Shown here: piece by piece, positions 60,159-64,000 of the stretch
Position numbering within the stretch: the first letter of the stretch is position 1
Layout of the letters: each line of letters opens with the position of its first letter
DNA from: Bacteroidales bacterium
Lineage (GTDB): Bacteria > Bacteroidota > Bacteroidia > Bacteroidales > VadinHA17
Assembly: GCA_050014255.1 (NCBI GenBank)
Contig: JBEKDR010000002.1
Span: 267-64,266 of the forward strand
DNA: 64,000 nt
Direction of reading: 5' to 3'
The notes under the pieces: generated by a model
Database searches by the model: none
What the model saw: only the letters and a program-made list of their open reading frames with translations
What the model was told of the DNA's origin: nothing
Translations under genes and position numbers: made by a program

Positions 60159-62294
60159 CTAATTATCTGCCAATCGGTAATCGAGCTGTTTCTTCTGAAG
60201 ATCAGCCTTTACGACTTCAATATTGATCCGGTCTCCAAGAGTGTAGATTTTACCCGTTGAACGTCCTTTTATACAGTAATTCTCTTCATCATATTCATAG
60301 AAATCATCTGCAAGCTCACGGATATGGATCATCCCTTCACATTGATTTTCAACAATCTCTACATAGATTCCCCATTCCGTAACTCCCGAGATGACTCCTT
60401 CAAATACCTTCCCGGTCTTATCGCTCATATACTCAACCTGTTTATATTTGACTGAGGCCCTTTCTGCCTCAGCAGCCAGCCTTTCCATTTTTGATGAGTG
60501 GTTGCACAGTTTTTCGTACTTATCCTGGCTGCCAGGATTTTCTTCAGCAAGATAAGCAGACATAAGCCTGTGTACCATCATATCGGGATAACGTCTTATG
60601 GGTGAGGTAAAATGTGTATAATATTTAAATGAAAGTCCGTAATGACCGATGTTGTCTGTTGAGTAGATAGCCTTTGCCATCGACCGGAGAGCAAGTGTTT
60701 CAATAATATTTTGCTCCTTTTTCCCTGTGACTGAATTCAAAAGCTTATTCATTGCTTTTGGAAGCGATGTATGATCATCCTCAATCAGCTTATAACCAAA
60801 ACGGGTAATGAAATGGCTGAAGTTGCTTATCTTCTCCGGATCAGGTTTATCATGAATACGGTAGACAAAAGTTTTTCCCCGTCGCTTTTTCCCGACATAT
60901 TCCGCAACCCGCTTATTTGCCAGAAGCATGAATTCCTCAATAAGCTGGTTAGCTGTACCCATCTCGCGGAATTTTATCCCGAGTGGTTTTCCTGATTCAT
61001 CAAGTTCAAACCTCACTTCAATCTTCTCAAAAGCAAAAGCACCTGACGCAAATCTTTTTGCCCTGAGTTGCTGTGCCAGACGGTGAAGTAAAAGGACCTG
61101 TTCCTTCATATCGCCTTCTCCGGTATCAATCACCTGCTGAGCTTCATTGTATGAGAATCTTTTATCGGAATTGATAATTGTTCTTCCAAACCATTCATCA
61201 ATTACTTCAGATTTATCATTCAGTTCAAAAACAGCTGAATATGTAAGTTTATCTTCAGAAGGGTTGAGTGAACAGATATGATTTGAAAGTCTTTCAGGGA
61301 GCATTGGTACAACCCTGTCAACCAGGTAAATTGATGTGGCTCTCTGCTTAGCTTCCTCTTCAACTAAGGAATCCATTTTCACATAATGGGTCACATCAGC
61401 AATATGAACCCCTATTTCCCAGTTGCCATTTTCCAGCTGTTTGAGAGAAAGGGCATCATCAAAATCCTGAGCATCGACCGGATCGATCGTAAAAGTTGGT
61501 ATTTTGCGGAAATCGCGACGAACCTTAATATCATTCTCAGTGATCTCTCCCTGAATTTTTTCAGCATCGGCTACGACCTCTTCAGTAAATTTATAAGGAA
61601 GTTCAAACTCTGCAAGAATGGCATGCATCTCTGTTTCGTGAAGGCCAGGATAACCAAGAACATTAATGATCTCCGCTACAGGATTTTTTGATTTAGGATC
61701 CCAGTCGACCACCTTTGCAACAGCTTTTTGCCCCTGTTTTGCACCATTTAGTTTTGATGTCGGGATGAACAGGTCAAATGGCATGTTCTTATTATCTGGA
61801 ATAAGAAATGCAAAGTTGGGCATGATTTCAACTGTGCCTACAAATGAAGTCCTCCATCTTTCAATGATCTCCACGACTTCGCCCTCGGGTCTGGCTCCTT
61901 TCCTCTTCGCATAAAGCCATACTTTAACTTTGTCACCGTGAAGAGCTGTTTTCAAGTTTTTAGCCGTGACAAATACATCGTCATCAAGATCGTCGGTTGA
62001 GATGAATCCGTATCCCATCCTCGTCATGTCGACTGTACCGGTGATATACCCGCGCGCTACCTTGACTTTGTATTTACCATGATATATTTCCTGTAGGCTT
62101 CCCTGTTTAGCAAGATCTCCCAGGATATCTGATATCATCTGCCTTCCGGGAGCATCAGTAATATTCAATCGTTTGGCGATCTGTTTATAATTAAACCCCT
62201 GTTCGGGGGTTTTTGTCAATGTTGCAAGTATTTGTCCGATAAGTGATTCCCTTGAAATGCCGGAATCTCTTTTGTCCCTTCCCTTCTTACTCAT
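60159..62294 (-). CDS. rnr: Ribonuclease R
   Basis: 711 aa. RNB catalytic domain (TIDPVDAQDFDDALS) and a C-terminal S1 domain. Confidence 0.95.
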   Translation of the reverse strand: MSKKGRDKRDSGISRESLIGQILATLTKTPEQGFNYKQIAKRLNITDAPGRQMISDILGDLAKQGSLQEIYHGKYKVKVARGYITGTVDMTRMGYGFISTDDLDDDVFVTAKNLKTALHGDKVKVWLYAKRKGARPEGEVVEIIERWRTSFVGTVEIMPNFAFLIPDNKNMPFDLFIPTSKLNGAKQGQKAVAKVVDWDPKSKNPVAEIINVLGYPGLHETEMHAILAEFELPYKFTEEVVADAEKIQGEITENDIKVRRDFRKIPTFTIDPVDAQDFDDALSLKQLENGNWEIGVHIADVTHYVKMDSLVEEEAKQRATSIYLVDRVVPMLPERLSNHICSLNPSEDKLTYSAVFELNDKSEVIDEWFGRTIINSDKRFSYNEAQQVIDTGEGDMKEQVLLLHRLAQQLRAKRFASGAFAFEKIEVRFELDESGKPLGIKFREMGTANQLIEEFMLLANKRVAEYVGKKRRGKTFVYRIHDKPDPEKISNFSHFITRFGYKLIEDDHTSLPKAMNKLLNSVTGKKEQNIIETLALRSMAKAIYSTDNIGHYGLSFKYYTHFTSPIRRYPDMMVHRLMSAYLAEENPGSQDKYEKLCNHSSKMERLAAEAERASVKYKQVEYMSDKTGKVFEGVISGVTEWGIYVEIVENQCEGMIHIRELADDFYEYDEENYCIKGRSTGKIYTLGDRINIEVVKADLQKKQLDYRLADN

Positions 62295-62338
62295 ATTTCA
62301 GTTTTTGCGAAGGTACAAAAAGGAACCATAAATTTTAA

Positions 62339-62346
62339 TACATTTG
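62339..62346 (+). promoter_or_regulatory. -7 promoter box (TACATTTG) for the PqqD-like / kinase / peptidase unit
   Basis: Exact TAnnTTTG match 19 nt upstream of the ATG at 62365. It overlaps the ORF-track TTG start at 62344. Confidence 0.45.
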
Positions 62347-62364
62347 GTCGATAATTGGAAAGCA

Positions 62365-62649
62365 ATGACCGGTTTGAAATCGATACTTTCACAATCTGCT
62401 TCAGTTGTTACCCGGAAAACCGGAAATGAATATGTGCTTGTGCCCATCACAAACAACATAGCAGATATGAACAGCGTTTATACTCTGAATGAGACAGGTG
62501 CTTTCATATGGGAACAAATTGACGGGAAAAGAAGTATTGAAGATATAATCATTGAATTGGTGAATGAGTATGATATTGATAAACAAAATGCGGAATCTGA
62601 TGTTTATACTTTTATTGAAAATATGAGTAAATATTTGATTGTCCATTAA
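62365..62649 (+). CDS. PqqD-family protein (RiPP recognition element / peptide chaperone-like)
   Basis: About 94 aa. The pattern EYVLVPI...VYTLNETGAFIWEQIDGKRSIEDIIIELVNEYDID...AESDVYTFIENM matches the PqqD winged-helix family. Confidence 0.7.
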   Translation: MTGLKSILSQSASVVTRKTGNEYVLVPITNNIADMNSVYTLNETGAFIWEQIDGKRSIEDIIIELVNEYDIDKQNAESDVYTFIENMSKYLIVH

Positions 62650-62722
62650 TTATATGGTTCTGTATTAATGCTATTTATGCCACCAAGGCACAAAGGATTC
62701 CATAGAAAATACTCGGTAAAAT

Positions 62723-63610
62723 ATGAGGAAATATAATTTAAATATTGCGGGATATAACATTGGGTTTGAGGCTGTAGCAAACGGGCCCGAACTTAAGCCC
62801 TCCTCAAGATTCCTCAGAAACATCAATCCGAATATCGGTTCCGATATTCTTATCCGGGTCCATTCAGAACCCTTTAATCTGCCAAAAGGAGCCGAAAGAG
62901 TTTTCCGCGCTCCATACGTTGAAGAGATAAATGGCATCCAGTTCAATAATGAGACTAACTTCTGGAGTGTCTGGAAATATCGCTCTGAGCTCTATATCTG
63001 GACAATCTTTCCGCTCTCTGCCTCAGAGAAAAATGCAGTACTGAAATTCTCGCTTACATCAAGGGAATGGGACCTTTGGATTTATGGTTCACAGAATGAG
63101 ACAGATCCTTTTGAGTATCCCCTCGATGGACTGATACTATATTATATGACAGTTATAAATGGGGATATAATGATCCATGCATCGGGAATTAACATTGCAG
63201 GACACGGTTATATTTTCAGCGGAGTATCCGGAAAAGGGAAATCAACAATGGCAAAGCTCTGGGATAATTCAGGAGCGAAAGTAATCCACGACGACAGGCT
63301 TATCTTAAGAAATAACGGAAACGGTTACAAAATGTTTAATACACCGGTTTATAATAATGATGAACCTCGTGAATCAATCCTCAACAAGATCTTCATTATT
63401 GAACATGGCAATGAAAATATGCTGGTCCCATTAAAAGGAGCCAATGCTGTGACCCAGGTACTGGCTAACTGCATCCAGCATAACTGGAGTGCTGACATTA
63501 TTGCCCGGCTTCTTGGTTCAATTTCGATTATGTGCGGTACGATACCAACATCAAAGCTTTATTTCAAACCCGACAGAAGTGTAATTGACCTTATCCTTGA
63601 CAATGAATAA
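62723..63610 (+). CDS. HPr-kinase-C-terminal-domain-like P-loop kinase (HprK-related)
   Basis: IHASGINIAGHGYIFSGVSGKGKSTMAKL matches the HprK/P C-terminal domain signature (HAS...G.SG.GKS). There is no HprK N-terminal domain. Confidence 0.65.
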   Translation: MRKYNLNIAGYNIGFEAVANGPELKPSSRFLRNINPNIGSDILIRVHSEPFNLPKGAERVFRAPYVEEINGIQFNNETNFWSVWKYRSELYIWTIFPLSASEKNAVLKFSLTSREWDLWIYGSQNETDPFEYPLDGLILYYMTVINGDIMIHASGINIAGHGYIFSGVSGKGKSTMAKLWDNSGAKVIHDDRLILRNNGNGYKMFNTPVYNNDEPRESILNKIFIIEHGNENMLVPLKGANAVTQVLANCIQHNWSADIIARLLGSISIMCGTIPTSKLYFKPDRSVIDLILDNE

Positions 63611-64000
63611 TTGGCGGAACAATCATGCGGTTGTGAAAGATATCAGTCTTACTCTACTCACCGAAGGAAAAACCATCAGGATCAAAGCTCATGGATATAG
63701 CATGTATCCTTCTATTAAACCCGGTTCTCTGATACTGATCGAACCATTGAATATCAAGGGGATGCCCCGTCCCGGAGAGATTATTGCAATTCGGAGAGAG
63801 AGCGGACTTATTGTCCACCGTCTTTCTAAAATAATAAACAAGAATGGCATTGCATTCTATATCGCAAGAGGAGATAGTAATGCATACGCCGATAACCCGG
63901 TTAGGATCGATAAAATAGCAGGAAGGATTGTGCGGGCTGAATCAACCGGGGAAAACCCCGTTCCTGCTGATATCAGGATTAATACAAAACCAAATTATTT
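63603..64000 (+). CDS. S24/S26-family serine peptidase (signal peptidase I / LexA-like), 3' end outside the window
   Basis: An open frame not listed in the ORF track (no stop before the window end). The ATG at 63603 overlaps the kinase gene by 8 nt. Motifs are GYSMYPSIKPGSLILIE (nucleophile Ser) and ARGDSNAYADNP (GDN-type box). Confidence 0.6.
   Translation, partial: MNNWRNNHAVVKDISLTLLTEGKTIRIKAHGYSMYPSIKPGSLILIEPLNIKGMPRPGEIIAIRRESGLIVHRLSKIINKNGIAFYIARGDSNAYADNPVRIDKIAGRIVRAESTGENPVPADIRINTKPNY

Noticed and set aside
62344-62364. The TTG start at 62344 for the PqqD-like ORF (101 aa in the ORF track).
   Set aside because: This TTG lies inside the TACATTTG -7 promoter box. The ATG at 62365 lies 19 nt downstream of the box and gives a normal-length PqqD protein.
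62668-62736. A 22-aa mini-ORF (MLFMPPRHKGFHRKYSVKYEEI) between the PqqD-like and kinase genes, considered as a possible RiPP precursor.
   Set aside because: It is too short and overlaps the kinase start in another frame. It has no leader/core features such as a conserved Thr at -2, a Gly/Ala core start, an acidic ring-forming residue or a C-terminal Ser. It cannot be supported from sequence alone.

Overview
This is an AT-rich Bacteroidota (Bacteroidia-like) chromosomal segment with about 50 tightly packed genes, mostly housekeeping. I saw no rRNA gene, tRNA gene, CRISPR array, transposase or integrase. From left to right the blocks are:
- Sugar-nucleotide genes: a WbpB-like oxidoreductase fragment, a nucleotide-sugar dehydrogenase, galE and rfbB.
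- The glmS / DUF4270 / short glgA-like / panC / panD synteny block.
- radA, a PBP1A gene and topA.
- A complete type IX secretion core in the Porphyromonas-type order porP-gldK-gldL-gldM-gldN, preceded by an arginase-fold gene that has lost several metal ligands.
- manC, mlaEF, and an uncharacterised three-gene envelope cluster ending in a second PorP/SprF-like beta-barrel.
- trpS, rbfA, a lolE-like gene, a radical SAM / glycosyltransferase pair, rpoN, asnS, usp and a gldA-like ABC ATPase.
- A methionine/SAM cluster: metK convergent with a SAM-I-riboswitch-controlled metY-hom-metH-metF unit.
- cysS, a DUF559 endonuclease cassette, long-form ispG and rnr.
- At the right edge, a truncated PqqD-like / HPr-kinase-like / S24-S26 peptidase cluster that looks like a non-canonical RiPP (peptide maturation) locus. 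This is the best candidate for something undescribed.

Nearly every long intergenic region holds GC-rich hairpin or MITE-like repeats that stand out against the AT-rich background. These include:
- A ~95-bp terminal-inverted-repeat element present in 4 full copies plus one solo arm.
- A GTCATTCCGA...GAGGAATCTC hairpin unit present in 5 copies.
- A triple-nested inverted repeat between trpS and rbfA.
- Perfect direct repeats bracketing the DUF559 gene that also encode protein termini.

Many genes have a Bacteroidetes-type TAnnTTTG -7 box 15-35 nt upstream of the start codon. Two near-consensus sigma-54 (TGGCAC-N5-TTG) sites are present. One of them, together with a plus-strand terminator, defines a candidate ~70-nt sRNA. 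All product calls rest on motif recognition in the supplied translations; no database search was run.
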